A stretch of 64,000 bases of DNA from an uncultured Planctomycetia bacterium (GTDB taxonomy: Bacteria > Omnitrophota > Gorgyraeia > JABMRG01 > JAFGKX01), in assembly GCA_964570585.1 (NCBI GenBank), contig CAZMYR010000006.1, positions 1,636 through 65,635 on the forward strand, read 5' to 3'. This document shows, piece after piece, positions 19,144 through 28,573 of this stretch. The position numbers were made by a program, and so were the translations under genes. The notes below the pieces were generated by a model. The model was given only the letters and a program-made list of their open reading frames with translations, was not told the DNA's origin and ran no database searches. Position 1 is the first letter of the stretch. Each line of letters starts with the position of its first letter.

Positions 19144-20573
19144 TTTTTGAGAACTCAAAAAAGGGAAAAATTGGGGTCTTTCTTCCGTCAGACGATGTTT
19201 CTGTAAAAATAGAAATAAACCCAAAATATAGGCGAAAAAACGACGCGCAACTTCCGGAAGTCTCCGAACCTGATGTAGTGCGCCATTTTACCCGCCTTTC
19301 TAAAATGAATTTCGGGGTAGATTCTCACTTTTATCCACTTGGCTCATGCACTATGAAATATAATCCTAAATTTACCGAGAATTTAGCTGCATTGGAGGGT
19401 TTTACATCTTTACATCCACTTTTAGCACAATTGAAAGACGGAGAAAAATTCACCCAGGGCGCACTTGGGCTAATCTATGACCTCGAAAAACTGTTTTGTG
19501 GAATAACAGGAATGGATGAATTTACCACTCAACCTTTAGCCGGCGCTCATGGTGAATTAACAGGCATCATGCTCATAGCTGCATACCATAAACATAAAGG
19601 CAACAAAAGAAAAATAGTTTTAATACCCGATTCCGGCCACGGAACAAACCCGGCCAGCGCTGCCATTGCCGGATATGACGTTAAAACGATTCCATCAGAT
19701 AAAAATGGAGTTATGGATTTAGATATTCTAAAGGAGGCCTTAAACAAAGATGTTGCAGCAGTCATGCTAACCTGTCCTAATACTTTAGGCATATTTAATT
19801 CACACATCAAGGATGTATGCGACCTTGCCCACAAAGTAGGGGCGTTACTCTATTATGACGGCGCAAACTTAAATGCCATTTTTGGAAGGGCACGTCCCGG
19901 AGATTTAGGCTTTGATGTTGTGCATTTAAATCTTCACAAGACATTTGCCACTCCTCACGGTGGGGGAGGCCCGGGCGCCGGGCCTATTGGAGTAAAAAAG
20001 GAACTGGCGGAATTTCTTCCTGTACCAAGAATTATCAAAGATAATAATAGTTTCACCTTAGATTTTAATAAAAAATCCTCAATAGGGTATATTGCTCCCT
20101 TCCATGGAAATTTTCTGGTTTTAGTTAAAGCCTACGCTTACATCCTGTTATTGGGAAAAGGTGGCCTTATTGAGGTTAGCGAAAATGCTGTTATTAACGC
20201 CAATTATATATTAAAAAGGCTAAAGGAATACTATGAGTTACCCTTTGACCGTATATGTATGCATGAATGCGTCTTTTCTGCTTCCAGACAAACTGAAAAA
20301 GGTGTTCACGCTATAGATATTGCAAAAGGGTTGATAGACAAAGGCATGCACCCCCCCACTATTTATTTTCCGCTTATTGTAAAAGAGGCAATGATGATAG
20401 AGCCAACCGAAACAGAATCCAAGAAGACCTTAGATACCTTTATCGATGCAATGATAGAGCTGGCGAATCTGGCGGAAAGAAATCCTCAAGAATTTAAGGA
20501 ATTTCCAAAAACCACCCCGGTCAGAAGACTGGACGAGCTAAAAGCAGTCAAAGATTTAAACTTCGGGGTATAA
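19134..20573 (+). CDS. gcvPB: Glycine dehydrogenase subunit 2
   Basis: PLGSCTMKYNPK, HLNLHKTFATPHGGGGPG. Confidence 0.96.
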   Translation: MELIFENSKKGKIGVFLPSDDVSVKIEINPKYRRKNDAQLPEVSEPDVVRHFTRLSKMNFGVDSHFYPLGSCTMKYNPKFTENLAALEGFTSLHPLLAQLKDGEKFTQGALGLIYDLEKLFCGITGMDEFTTQPLAGAHGELTGIMLIAAYHKHKGNKRKIVLIPDSGHGTNPASAAIAGYDVKTIPSDKNGVMDLDILKEALNKDVAAVMLTCPNTLGIFNSHIKDVCDLAHKVGALLYYDGANLNAIFGRARPGDLGFDVVHLNLHKTFATPHGGGGPGAGPIGVKKELAEFLPVPRIIKDNNSFTLDFNKKSSIGYIAPFHGNFLVLVKAYAYILLLGKGGLIEVSENAVINANYILKRLKEYYELPFDRICMHECVFSASRQTEKGVHAIDIAKGLIDKGMHPPTIYFPLIVKEAMMIEPTETESKKTLDTFIDAMIELANLAERNPQEFKEFPKTTPVRRLDELKAVKDLNFGV

Positions 20574-20636
20574 CAGACGTTTACAAAATTGTTCGGGTAA
20601 GTGTCTTGGTTTTGTTCGGGAAAGTGTACCCTAAAG
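20573..20636 (-). repeat. RAYT right-arm copy (family A), inverted
   Basis: Nearly identical to the reverse complement of 48265-48328 (3 mismatches by eye). Confidence 0.85.
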
Positions 20637-20641
20637 GCATT

Positions 20642-21289
20642 ATGGAATACACAGACATCGATTTTAACACTCCGGAAGAAAATATTGCCTTTGATGAACT
20701 TCTGCTGACTGAGGCTGAGCAGGGTCAAAGGGATGAGACTTTTCGCTTCTGGGAACTGCAAGGTTACGTTGTAATATTAGGCAGGGGTGCTTCTGTAGCT
20801 GATGATATTTTCCTTGATAGATGCAGGAAGGATAACATAAAGATAATACAGCGTATGTCCGGTGGCGGAACCGTGCTTTTAGGGAAAGGGTGCCTCAACT
20901 ATTCTCTCATACTTCCTTATGATAAAAATCCTGAACTGTTAAATATTAAAAGTTCTTATAAATATATACTCGATAATATAGCAGCTGTTTTTTGTAAAAA
21001 AGGTATAAGTTTATTATACCAGCCCACATCAGATCTTACCCTTGGAAATAAAAAGGTCTCAGGCAATGCCCAGGCAAGAAGAAAGAATTTTTTTCTTCAT
21101 CATGGCACACTCTTATATAATTTTGATATAGACAGGGTAGGCTTTTATTTGAAAGAGCCTAAAAAGGCCCCGGAATACAGAAATGGCAGGCATCATAAGG
21201 ATTTTCTTGCCAACCTACCACTCACTTGTTCAGAAATAAAAGAGATTATAAAAATTGCCTTCAGGGGACAAATTTCTGAACAAATTTAG
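20642..21289 (+). CDS. Lipoate-protein ligase A family
   Basis: NIAFDE, RMSGGGTV, KVSGNAQ, HHGTLL. Confidence 0.9.
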   Translation: MEYTDIDFNTPEENIAFDELLLTEAEQGQRDETFRFWELQGYVVILGRGASVADDIFLDRCRKDNIKIIQRMSGGGTVLLGKGCLNYSLILPYDKNPELLNIKSSYKYILDNIAAVFCKKGISLLYQPTSDLTLGNKKVSGNAQARRKNFFLHHGTLLYNFDIDRVGFYLKEPKKAPEYRNGRHHKDFLANLPLTCSEIKEIIKIAFRGQISEQI

Positions 21290-21324
21290 GACAGATCTCC
21301 AAACGATTTTAGAAACGGTCCTAC
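21264..21324. repeat. Degenerate family A arm
   Basis: ggggacaaatttctgaacaaatttagg...agaaacggtcctac aligns to 35570-35630. Confidence 0.7.
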
Positions 21325-22274
21325 GATTTCTCGAAGGAGCATTTGCTGCATTCCTTGTATATATCCGGATTTTCGGCCCCGCAATTTTTGCATATCCAAT
21401 AACCCGGGTGCGCCTTTCTGTGCTTGAGCCAGTAATTACGATAAACCTTTTTGCCTGTATATAATGGGATTGTTACAGGATATATTAAATAAGCTATAAT
21501 AAGCCAGAGTTTATTTGCGGTTTGATTATAAGTAAACCAGAGCATTGCTATAATAACCACAGGAATAGAGATTAATAAAGATATCTCCCTTATATTATCC
21601 GGTATAATTCCTTCGCCAAAAATGCCTATTAATATCATCGCAACAACTAAAAGGCCTACCATCCGAATTATGTAAGGATTCTTAAATAGGATATTCAGCG
21701 CTGTAGGTTCTGCTCTGGTTGTTTGTAAATATTTTAACCCTGTAGTAATCCTTTGCCCTTCTAATCTGGGGCTTATCGTATTATATGCTTGCTGGTAGGT
21801 CTCAAACTTAGCAAATCCCAATAATGCCAATAAAACCTTAGTTGCTCTAAGTTCATCCTGATGTAATTTTTTAAGGAGGGAAAGATAAATCTTATAATAT
21901 TTTAACACGCCTCTTTTATTTCCTGTTATTTCATATACCCGGGCCAGAACAAAATGGGCCGGTAGAAATTCGGGCCAGTATCTTATCGAGAACCTTAACT
22001 CTTCCTCGGCTTTAGGATAGTCTTCTTCTTTTATAAACTGCAATGACAATGAAAATGCGCCTATCGATTTTTCAATTCTGTCCAGATTAACATGAATCTT
22101 TCTTGATGCGGCAGGAAGGTAGGAAGTGTCGTATTCTTTATCGAATCTTTCAAATGAGAAATAAGATTCGTTAAAGGCGTATAAAGGAATGGCTGTTAGT
22201 AATATAACTGCTGATAGTAAACATCCGAGCGAAGCAAGTGAAGCAAGGATTTTACTTGATTTAGGATTAGTCAT
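21321..22274 (-). CDS. TPR-like membrane protein with C-terminal zinc ribbon
   Basis: N-terminal hydrophobic segment, TPR-like helices, TMs, WICKNC...ECSKC. Confidence 0.6.
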   Translation of the reverse strand: MTNPKSSKILASLASLGCLLSAVILLTAIPLYAFNESYFSFERFDKEYDTSYLPAASRKIHVNLDRIEKSIGAFSLSLQFIKEEDYPKAEEELRFSIRYWPEFLPAHFVLARVYEITGNKRGVLKYYKIYLSLLKKLHQDELRATKVLLALLGFAKFETYQQAYNTISPRLEGQRITTGLKYLQTTRAEPTALNILFKNPYIIRMVGLLVVAMILIGIFGEGIIPDNIREISLLISIPVVIIAMLWFTYNQTANKLWLIIAYLIYPVTIPLYTGKKVYRNYWLKHRKAHPGYWICKNCGAENPDIYKECSKCSFEKS

Positions 22275-22915
22275 ATAGATGGAACTTTCCCTTTTGAAGG
22301 ACAAAGATTTTTTAAGATGCACTCAGGGCATTTTGGCTTTTTGGCTATGCAAATATTTCTTCCGTGGTCTATTAAAAGATAAGAAACCACACCCCAGTCT
22401 TTTTTATCGAAGAGATTCATCAGGTCTTGCTCTATTTTTAGAGAGTCGTCTGTCTTTGAAAAACCTAACCTCTGGCTCAATCTGCGCACATGGGTATCAA
22501 CGGCAATTCCCCCTATCTTTCCAAACCCGTTAAATAGCACTATATTGGCTGTCTTTCTGGCCACACCGGGCAATTTTAACAATTCATCCATTGAAGATGG
22601 CACTTTTCCATTAAAATCGTACCCGATTTTAATGGCTGCGTTTATGACATTTTTTGCCTTATTTTTATAAAAGCCTGTCGAGCGAATTTCATTTTCAAAG
22701 GCGTTAATATTTGCATTGGCGTAATCGGATGCTTTTTTGTATTTTTTAAACAAACCTTCGGTTACCATATTTACCCTTTTGTCTGTGCACTGGGCAGATA
22801 GCATTGTAGCTACCAGAACTTCTAAAGGGTTGCCGAAATTCAAGGCTACCTTTGCATGAGGATATGCCTTTTGTAATATTTTAAATATTTTATGTGCTCG
22901 TTTTTTGTCAGCCAT
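22271..22915 (-). CDS. nth: Endonuclease III
   Basis: LSAQCTD, HhH LPGVARKTAN, VDTHV, CxxxxxxCxxCxxxxxC. Confidence 0.95.
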   Translation of the reverse strand: MADKKRAHKIFKILQKAYPHAKVALNFGNPLEVLVATMLSAQCTDKRVNMVTEGLFKKYKKASDYANANINAFENEIRSTGFYKNKAKNVINAAIKIGYDFNGKVPSSMDELLKLPGVARKTANIVLFNGFGKIGGIAVDTHVRRLSQRLGFSKTDDSLKIEQDLMNLFDKKDWGVVSYLLIDHGRNICIAKKPKCPECILKNLCPSKGKVPSI

Positions 22916-22919
22916 TTTT

Positions 22920-23399
22920 TCACTCCGAGGACCACAATCCTGTTTTGTTGTCTCTGGCTTCTTTCTCCGCTGCTATTAGACTGTCAAGATATTTTGTATT
23001 GGGGGCAAATGTATAGACCCTGGCATAGCCATACCGTAAAAGCTCCTCATTGACCATTTTACCGTCCACAAATACATATGCTAACCAACGGTCATATCTA
23101 TCCGTAATTTCTTTATCTAATTCTAATCTTACCTTTTTGCCTTCTACTAATCTTCTATTTAGATTATATGCTTCAACTGCGTATGGCTCTGGGTCATAAA
23201 CCCATTCGCCTCTTACTCTCTTTCTTGACTCCGGGGTATCTATGCCGATATAGCGGACTTTTCTGGCATTTGTCAATATAATAGTATCGCCGTCTAAAAC
23301 TTTATATACAGAATAAAACCCGCCTTCGGTTGAAATACGACCACACCCGCTGAATAGAAAAATAGATAAAAGTAAAACTATAAGTTTAAGATTTTTCAT
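22920..23399 (-). CDS. Thermonuclease (SNase) family lipoprotein
   Basis: Lipobox FSGC; DGDT, VRYIGIDTPE, DRYDRWLAYV. Confidence 0.9.
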   Translation of the reverse strand: MKNLKLIVLLLSIFLFSGCGRISTEGGFYSVYKVLDGDTIILTNARKVRYIGIDTPESRKRVRGEWVYDPEPYAVEAYNLNRRLVEGKKVRLELDKEITDRYDRWLAYVFVDGKMVNEELLRYGYARVYTFAPNTKYLDSLIAAEKEARDNKTGLWSSE

Positions 23400-24259
23400 T
23401 GCTCGGGAAGTGTACTCTGCTGTTCCAAAACACATTGATTTATCTTTTCTCTATCCTTTCCTTTTAGGTGGGTTAAATGCACTGCTATGTCAAATTTTTT
23501 ATCAGGCAATGCTTCAATCCTGACTACCTGCCCGACCACTTTGGTCGGCAATTTCTCTTTCGGAATTTGTATTTTTAAAATTAAAAATGTCCATAAAGGT
23601 ATCGTATTCTCTGATACAAATAATATTCCAACTGCGCTTATATCTTTTGTCTCCGCTTCCTTATATTCTTCCTGAAAGGCGTAATGAAAGGTCATCTTCG
23701 CTTTCAGGCGGACAAATCTCCTTCTTTCTATTACTTTTTTTCCTTTTATATCTATAAACTTTTGCGGAGCAAGGGGAGGTATAATCTCTACCCTTTCTTT
23801 CCTCTCCGCTTCCTTTAGTGAACCATAATATTTTATTATAGCATTATCGACATCGGACTTTGTGCCAATAAATGGTTGCACTTTACAACCTGTAGCTACC
23901 TCCAATTCCTCAATTGCGTCTAAATCCAAAGGGTCGACCATTACTATCGTTAAAAGGTCTCCAACTTTATCTATAGGAATAAAATCGTATTGCCTGGCAA
24001 GTTCGGCAGGAACAAGCTCAATGGTTTTAGGTTCTATAGAGTAATTGCTTAAGGGTAGATAAGGAAAACCGTACTGGCTGGAAAGGCAACTGGCTATATC
24101 TGTCTCTGTGGCAAAACCTAACTTTAGCAGAGAGTGGCTTAAAAATTCCCCTTCTCTTTTTTGAAGCTGCAGGGCCTGCTCAAGTTGCCGTTTTGTAATA
24201 ATCTTTCTTTCTAATAATAACGTTCCGAGTTTTTTTGTTATTTTTCGTTTATAGAGCAT
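23396..24259 (-). CDS. MshEN + PilZ domain protein
   Basis: KLGTLLLERKII MshEN; ERRRFVR...DISAVG PilZ. Confidence 0.85.
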   Translation of the reverse strand: MLYKRKITKKLGTLLLERKIITKRQLEQALQLQKREGEFLSHSLLKLGFATETDIASCLSSQYGFPYLPLSNYSIEPKTIELVPAELARQYDFIPIDKVGDLLTIVMVDPLDLDAIEELEVATGCKVQPFIGTKSDVDNAIIKYYGSLKEAERKERVEIIPPLAPQKFIDIKGKKVIERRRFVRLKAKMTFHYAFQEEYKEAETKDISAVGILFVSENTIPLWTFLILKIQIPKEKLPTKVVGQVVRIEALPDKKFDIAVHLTHLKGKDREKINQCVLEQQSTLPEQ

Positions 24260-24281
24260 GTTTCCTCACTGCATAACCGCC

Positions 24282-24740
24282 TCAAAGACCATTCGGCGAT
24301 TTACTTGAGTCTAACCAGATAGTTACAGGGCCATCATTAACAAGTTGAACCTGCATTTTAGCAGCGAATTGCCCCTCTTTTACCGATATACCTTCGCTGC
24401 GTAAAAGGCCATTGAATTCCTTCCACATTTTTTCTGCTACGTCAGGGCTTGCTGCTTCATCAAAACCGGGCCTGTTTCCTTTGAGGGTATCTGCATATAA
24501 AGTAAACTGGGGGACACTTAAGATTTCACCTTTTATTTGGTTTATATCTAAGTTCATCTTTTTATTGTTGTCATTAAAGACTCTCATATTTTTTATCTTA
24601 TTGGCAAGATATTTTATGTCTGCATTTGTATCCTGTTTCCCTATGCCCACTAAAAGCAATAATCCTCCTCCAATGCTGCCTACCTGTTTATTCCCAACCG
24701 AGACTTTTGCTTGTTTGACCCTTTGCATAACAACACGCAT
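24282..24740 (-). CDS. dtd: D-aminoacyl-tRNA deacylase
   Basis: MRVVMQRV, QFTL, GNRP, NDGPVT. Confidence 0.95.
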   Translation of the reverse strand: MRVVMQRVKQAKVSVGNKQVGSIGGGLLLLVGIGKQDTNADIKYLANKIKNMRVFNDNNKKMNLDINQIKGEILSVPQFTLYADTLKGNRPGFDEAASPDVAEKMWKEFNGLLRSEGISVKEGQFAAKMQVQLVNDGPVTIWLDSSKSPNGL

Positions 24741-24747
24741 GTCTATT

Positions 24748-24793
24748 ATCAGCTGTCAGTTATCAGTTGCTGAATACTGAATACTGAAAACTG
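24748..24793. repeat. Heptamer inverted repeat (TCAGYTR / CTGAATA)
   Basis: atcagctgtcagttatcagt...ctgaatactgaatactgaaaactg. Confidence 0.6.
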
Positions 24794-24899
24794 CCCTATT
24801 TTCTCTCCCAGAAATAAGTTACAACAAAAATTACAATAATGGAACCTATAACAATAAATGTAACTAAATTTTTATATCTCGAGAGTAAATCTATGACAT

Positions 24900-25508
24900 T
24901 CATCCCGAAGTTATAGGTTTCAACCTATATGCCGATATCAAAATTATGCCTGTTATTATCCCTGCGATATTAAGCAGAATATCCCCTAAATCATAATACC
25001 TCATCGGTAATAAATACTCTCTAATCCTCTCATCTACTATTCCTGATGAAATACATATAATTAAGGCTAAAAAAAAGCTATTCTTCGATTGATATTTAAC
25101 TATGAAGGCGTTATATAAAAAGAGGCTTAAAATTGCGTATTCCGGAATATGTAAAGCCCTCGCAGGTATTCTCTCTATATTAATATTGATGTTGATAAGG
25201 CCATAGAGAGTTTTGAATCCAAACTTAAAACCTGTAATTACGGCAACATTTATAGCGCACCCGATGGCTAAAATAATAGTTACAATGACATATGGGAACA
25301 ATCTATTAAGTCTAAATTTCCTTATGAATGGCAAATACACAAGCAAAGCTCCAAATAAAGAAAGAACTACCAATAGTTGCTTCACAAAAGAAAATCCAAA
25401 TCGCCTATATAAAAATTTAATAAAATCAGGAGTAAAAGGTAAAAATAAATATATCAATATCAGCCAGAATATGGCTATTACTAATCTAAGCTTGTAATCC
25501 TTGCTCAC
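24900..25508 (-). CDS. VanZ-like membrane protein
   Basis: HIPEYAIL, DE, DLGDILLNIAG; multiple TMs. Confidence 0.7.
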   Translation of the reverse strand: MSKDYKLRLVIAIFWLILIYLFLPFTPDFIKFLYRRFGFSFVKQLLVVLSLFGALLVYLPFIRKFRLNRLFPYVIVTIILAIGCAINVAVITGFKFGFKTLYGLINININIERIPARALHIPEYAILSLFLYNAFIVKYQSKNSFFLALIICISSGIVDERIREYLLPMRYYDLGDILLNIAGIITGIILISAYRLKPITSG

Positions 25509-25516
25509 AATATAGA

Positions 25517-25577
25517 TAGTTCGTAGTTATGAGTTCGTAGTTCATAGACTACGAACAATGAACTACGAACTATGAAC
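25517..25577. repeat. TAGTTCG/TACGAAC heptamer palindrome
   Basis: Four units, GAC, then four inverted units. Confidence 0.8.
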
Positions 25578-26300
25578 TTACTTAGCGATATGCTTTTCAA
25601 TAAAATCTATAACTTCCTCCTGGGTCTTTTGGTCAATTTCTAAGAACTGAATACCCATGCCAGGATAAAATTCAGGTTGTAGCTGTTTGTCGGCCATCCA
25701 TATAACCATGGCTTTAATAGAAATGGATTTTTTAGTTTCCGGGATAACAATATCTAAATCGATCTTTGTGCCGGCCAGCAGCATATTTATACCGCGTAAA
25801 AAAAGGCCTGAGCCGCTTATATTCCCTGCCAGCCCTGAGTATAAGGGGTTTTGTTCAGGCCCCCCCTCGGCTTTTTTATAATAGACATTGATATCCATGC
25901 CTAATCTTTTAAATCTTCTCCTTAGGGGGCGCTCAATCCCTGCCTCTTCCCGGAAGGTTTTCTTTTTGGGCTTGAAACTTCCTATAGCTTTATCTACATT
26001 CTTGTAAATATTAAAAACATTGTCTAATCTTACAATGCGCAGCAGTTCCATTATGTGCAATGGGATGTGAGATAGTTTGACGATAGCTTTATTATTTAGT
26101 GCGTTTTTATAAGCTATGGCCAGCACTGATAACCCGTTATAATCTATAAAATCGACTTCGTTTAAATCGACAACTATTCTTTTAGTCCCTCTTTTTAAAA
26201 GCTTACCGACAGTTTCTATCAGAGCAGAGGAGTTGATATCGATTGCTCCTACAATGTTTAAAATTGCTATATTTTCTTTATACCTTATATTTATCTTCAT
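25578..26300 (-). CDS. STAS (anti-sigma antagonist) + PilZ protein
   Basis: VDLNEVDFIDYNGL STAS; RRRFKR...NISGSG PilZ. Confidence 0.85.
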   Translation of the reverse strand: MKINIRYKENIAILNIVGAIDINSSALIETVGKLLKRGTKRIVVDLNEVDFIDYNGLSVLAIAYKNALNNKAIVKLSHIPLHIMELLRIVRLDNVFNIYKNVDKAIGSFKPKKKTFREEAGIERPLRRRFKRLGMDINVYYKKAEGGPEQNPLYSGLAGNISGSGLFLRGINMLLAGTKIDLDIVIPETKKSISIKAMVIWMADKQLQPEFYPGMGIQFLEIDQKTQEEVIDFIEKHIAK

Positions 26301-26306
26301 TAGGAT

Positions 26307-26376
26307 GCACCGTTTGGGAAAGCAAAGGGGCAAGTGTCCCCAGGGACGTTTGCTACTTTGCTTTCCCAAACGGTGC
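26307..26376. repeat. REP-like palindrome family B, copy 1
   Basis: gcaccgtttgggaaagcaaag...ctttgctttcccaaacggtgc. Confidence 0.85.
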
Positions 26377-26432
26377 TATTCTGCTATTCTATACCAAATA
26401 TCAAGTAATATCAATAATTTTCACCCGGAAAA

Positions 26433-27032
26433 TTACTTATTACCTGACCGTATAATTTTTAGCGGATCGAGGTATTTATTTTTATATCTTATTTCAAAAT
26501 GCAAATGCGGTTGCATGCCTCTATGATTAGCATTTCCTGTCTTTCCAAGTTCGCCAATCTTATCGCCCTGCCACACCCATTGGTTGTCCTTTACTGTTAT
26601 TTTACTTAAATGGCTGTATATTGTACAATAATTCCCCCGATGTCCAATCCTGACATATTTGCCCATGCCGTTACTTACCCAACCTGTTTTGGCAGTTCCG
26701 CTTTTTGAAGCCAGCACAGGTTCTCCTATATCCGCTCTTATATCCAAACCTTTATGTCTTCTCGTTCCTCCGCCCCGCCTTGCTCCGAAATGCCCATCTC
26801 CAAAAATATCAGACCTTATCGGTATCTTTCCTTCTAAGGCAATGGGTGATAAAAAGGCGGGCTCTTTAAAATTTAAAAAGGCGGTAAATAAAAGTGGGGA
26901 TACAGGATAAATAAAAAAAAGAATTAATAAACAATAAACCGCTGCACCAATTAAGGTTTTTTTGCGTTTATTGTGATCGGTGGTGGGTTGAAAGCGAAAT
27001 TTCCTCAAAGAGGAAGGGGAAGATTTAAGCAT
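26433..27032 (-). CDS. M23 family metallopeptidase
   Basis: HKGLD, YSHL, PHLHFE. Confidence 0.9.
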   Translation of the reverse strand: MLKSSPSSLRKFRFQPTTDHNKRKKTLIGAAVYCLLILFFIYPVSPLLFTAFLNFKEPAFLSPIALEGKIPIRSDIFGDGHFGARRGGGTRRHKGLDIRADIGEPVLASKSGTAKTGWVSNGMGKYVRIGHRGNYCTIYSHLSKITVKDNQWVWQGDKIGELGKTGNANHRGMQPHLHFEIRYKNKYLDPLKIIRSGNK

Positions 27033-27044
27033 GAGCGGTTGGCA

Positions 27045-27401
27045 TCAAGATAGTTTATATATAGTGTCGCACAAAAATTTTAGAAATGTATTTTTGTTGT
27101 CTTCCTCAATTTTCCTAAATTCTATTCCAACATTAAACAGCTCTTGCCCCTCTATCTTATCAGATCTGATTACCCTGGCGTCTATATGAACCGGGTTTGG
27201 AGTCTCCGGCGGAGTTAGGGTTAATTCTACTGATGTATCAGGAGAAACCTTTCTTGCAATTTCTAGCATCATCCCTGTTGCGCTTATATTTTTTGACTGA
27301 GTCTGAATCTCCTCTATTGTATCGTCGCTTTTAATCCTAATGGCTACAGGTATGGGTGTTTCTGTTCTAATATATCGTCTACGTTCTCTTGCATCAACCA
27401 T
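27045..27401 (-). CDS. Stand-alone PilZ protein
   Basis: ERRRYIR...NISATG. Confidence 0.88.
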   Translation of the reverse strand: MVDARERRRYIRTETPIPVAIRIKSDDTIEEIQTQSKNISATGMMLEIARKVSPDTSVELTLTPPETPNPVHIDARVIRSDKIEGQELFNVGIEFRKIEEDNKNTFLKFLCDTIYKLS

Positions 27402-27425
27402 AAACTTACCTCACCTTAGGCATAT

Positions 27426-27500
27426 GCACCGTTTGAGAAAGCAAGGTAGCAAATGTCCACTTTACGTGGACACTTGTCCTTCTGCTTTCCCAAGCGGTGC
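27426..27500. repeat. REP-like palindrome family B, copy 2
   Basis: gcaccgtttgagaaagc...gctttcccaagcggtgc. Confidence 0.85.
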
Positions 27501-27517
27501 TATTCTTTCTGAATATC

Positions 27518-27576
27518 TTTAAAAAAGGCGAGATAGTTTATCCTTTTATAAATAAACCTTACCCGCCTTTTTAAAA
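27518..27576. terminator. Putative intrinsic terminator after the 27583 gene
   Basis: aaaaaaggcg...cgccttttt hairpin with flanking A/T tracts. Confidence 0.55.
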
Positions 27577-27582
27577 ATGACC

Positions 27583-27954
27583 TTATTTTTCCTCAAACAC
27601 AAACTCTGGTTCGAGTAGTGGTTTATAATCCTCAGGAAGTGGAAATAGAAATGTTGCTACATCATAAGCGCCTGCCCCGGTTCTGACAACTGTCATTCCA
27701 ACCCCTTTAAGCGTGCCGTATGTTATGCCCATTAATGGATTGTTTGTCTCAACGCTAGTATCATAGATATTTTTAGGTAATTCAATCCATCCTGTTGCAA
27801 CATTCACTAAGCCTCTACCTAATTTTTTACCCATTTTTTCAACAACAGTACCCTCCTCGGCAACGGCTGGCAGGGCCACTGCTATAAAGCATAATATTAA
27901 TGCACCGGAGATTGCAATCTTTGTTCTTCTGTTAATTCGCATATTCTTATTCAC
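27583..27954 (-). CDS. TIGR04073-like (exosortase-associated) secreted protein
   Basis: Signal peptide; KLGRGLVNVATGWIELPK...RTGAGAYDVATF. Confidence 0.75.
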   Translation of the reverse strand: MNKNMRINRRTKIAISGALILCFIAVALPAVAEEGTVVEKMGKKLGRGLVNVATGWIELPKNIYDTSVETNNPLMGITYGTLKGVGMTVVRTGAGAYDVATFLFPLPEDYKPLLEPEFVFEEK

Positions 27955-28059
27955 CCCCTTTCAATTAAGAATTCTCCATTCAAAATAAGTTTATCAAGTA
28001 ATGATATGTTTGTCAAGAGTTTTTTGCGCCTATTAATATTTTTTTCGATTATCCGTCGA

Positions 28060-28458
28060 TTATCCGTTTATTAAATTGAGCGCCTTCTGGTTATCATTTG
28101 TTGACATTACCCCTATTACATTGCTGCCATCGCCGGTTGTGCCGTAAATATACAATATATCAATTCCGGCATCGCCCAATTTCTTTGCTACCAGGGATAA
28201 AGTTCCTGGGGCATTCTCAAATTCCACTTCTAACACATCGTCCTGCGAAACTTCGTGTTCCATGCCTTCCAAAATCTGAGCAGCTTCCGTGGGGTTGCTA
28301 ACCACAATCATAAATCGGGCCTGTTCACCTAACGCAGAGGCGCACAAATGAGAAATGTTTAAGCCCGCATCTTTTAGGGATATGGATACCCTACCCAGTG
28401 TGCCTACTTCATTCGGGGTTGTCACCATCAGCTGCTTTATTATCTTTGCTTTTGCCAT
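28060..28458 (-). CDS. Tandem ACT domain protein
   Basis: NEVGTLG...AGLNI and NAPGTL...AGIDI repeats. Confidence 0.85.
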   Translation of the reverse strand: MAKAKIIKQLMVTTPNEVGTLGRVSISLKDAGLNISHLCASALGEQARFMIVVSNPTEAAQILEGMEHEVSQDDVLEVEFENAPGTLSLVAKKLGDAGIDILYIYGTTGDGSNVIGVMSTNDNQKALNLING

Positions 28459-28489
28459 GTTTACCACCTCCTTACCACATCGTTTCTTC

Positions 28490-28558
28490 TCTCGTTGTTC
28501 GTATCTCGTGAATCGTCAAACGGGATACGCGATACTAGATACGAGATACTAGATACGA
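28490..28558. repeat. GATACNA heptamer palindrome
   Basis: tcgttgt tcgtatc tcgtgaa tcgt...gatacgc gatacta gatacga gatacta gatacga. Confidence 0.7.
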
Positions 28559-28573
28559 AGTCTTTTGTTCTCT

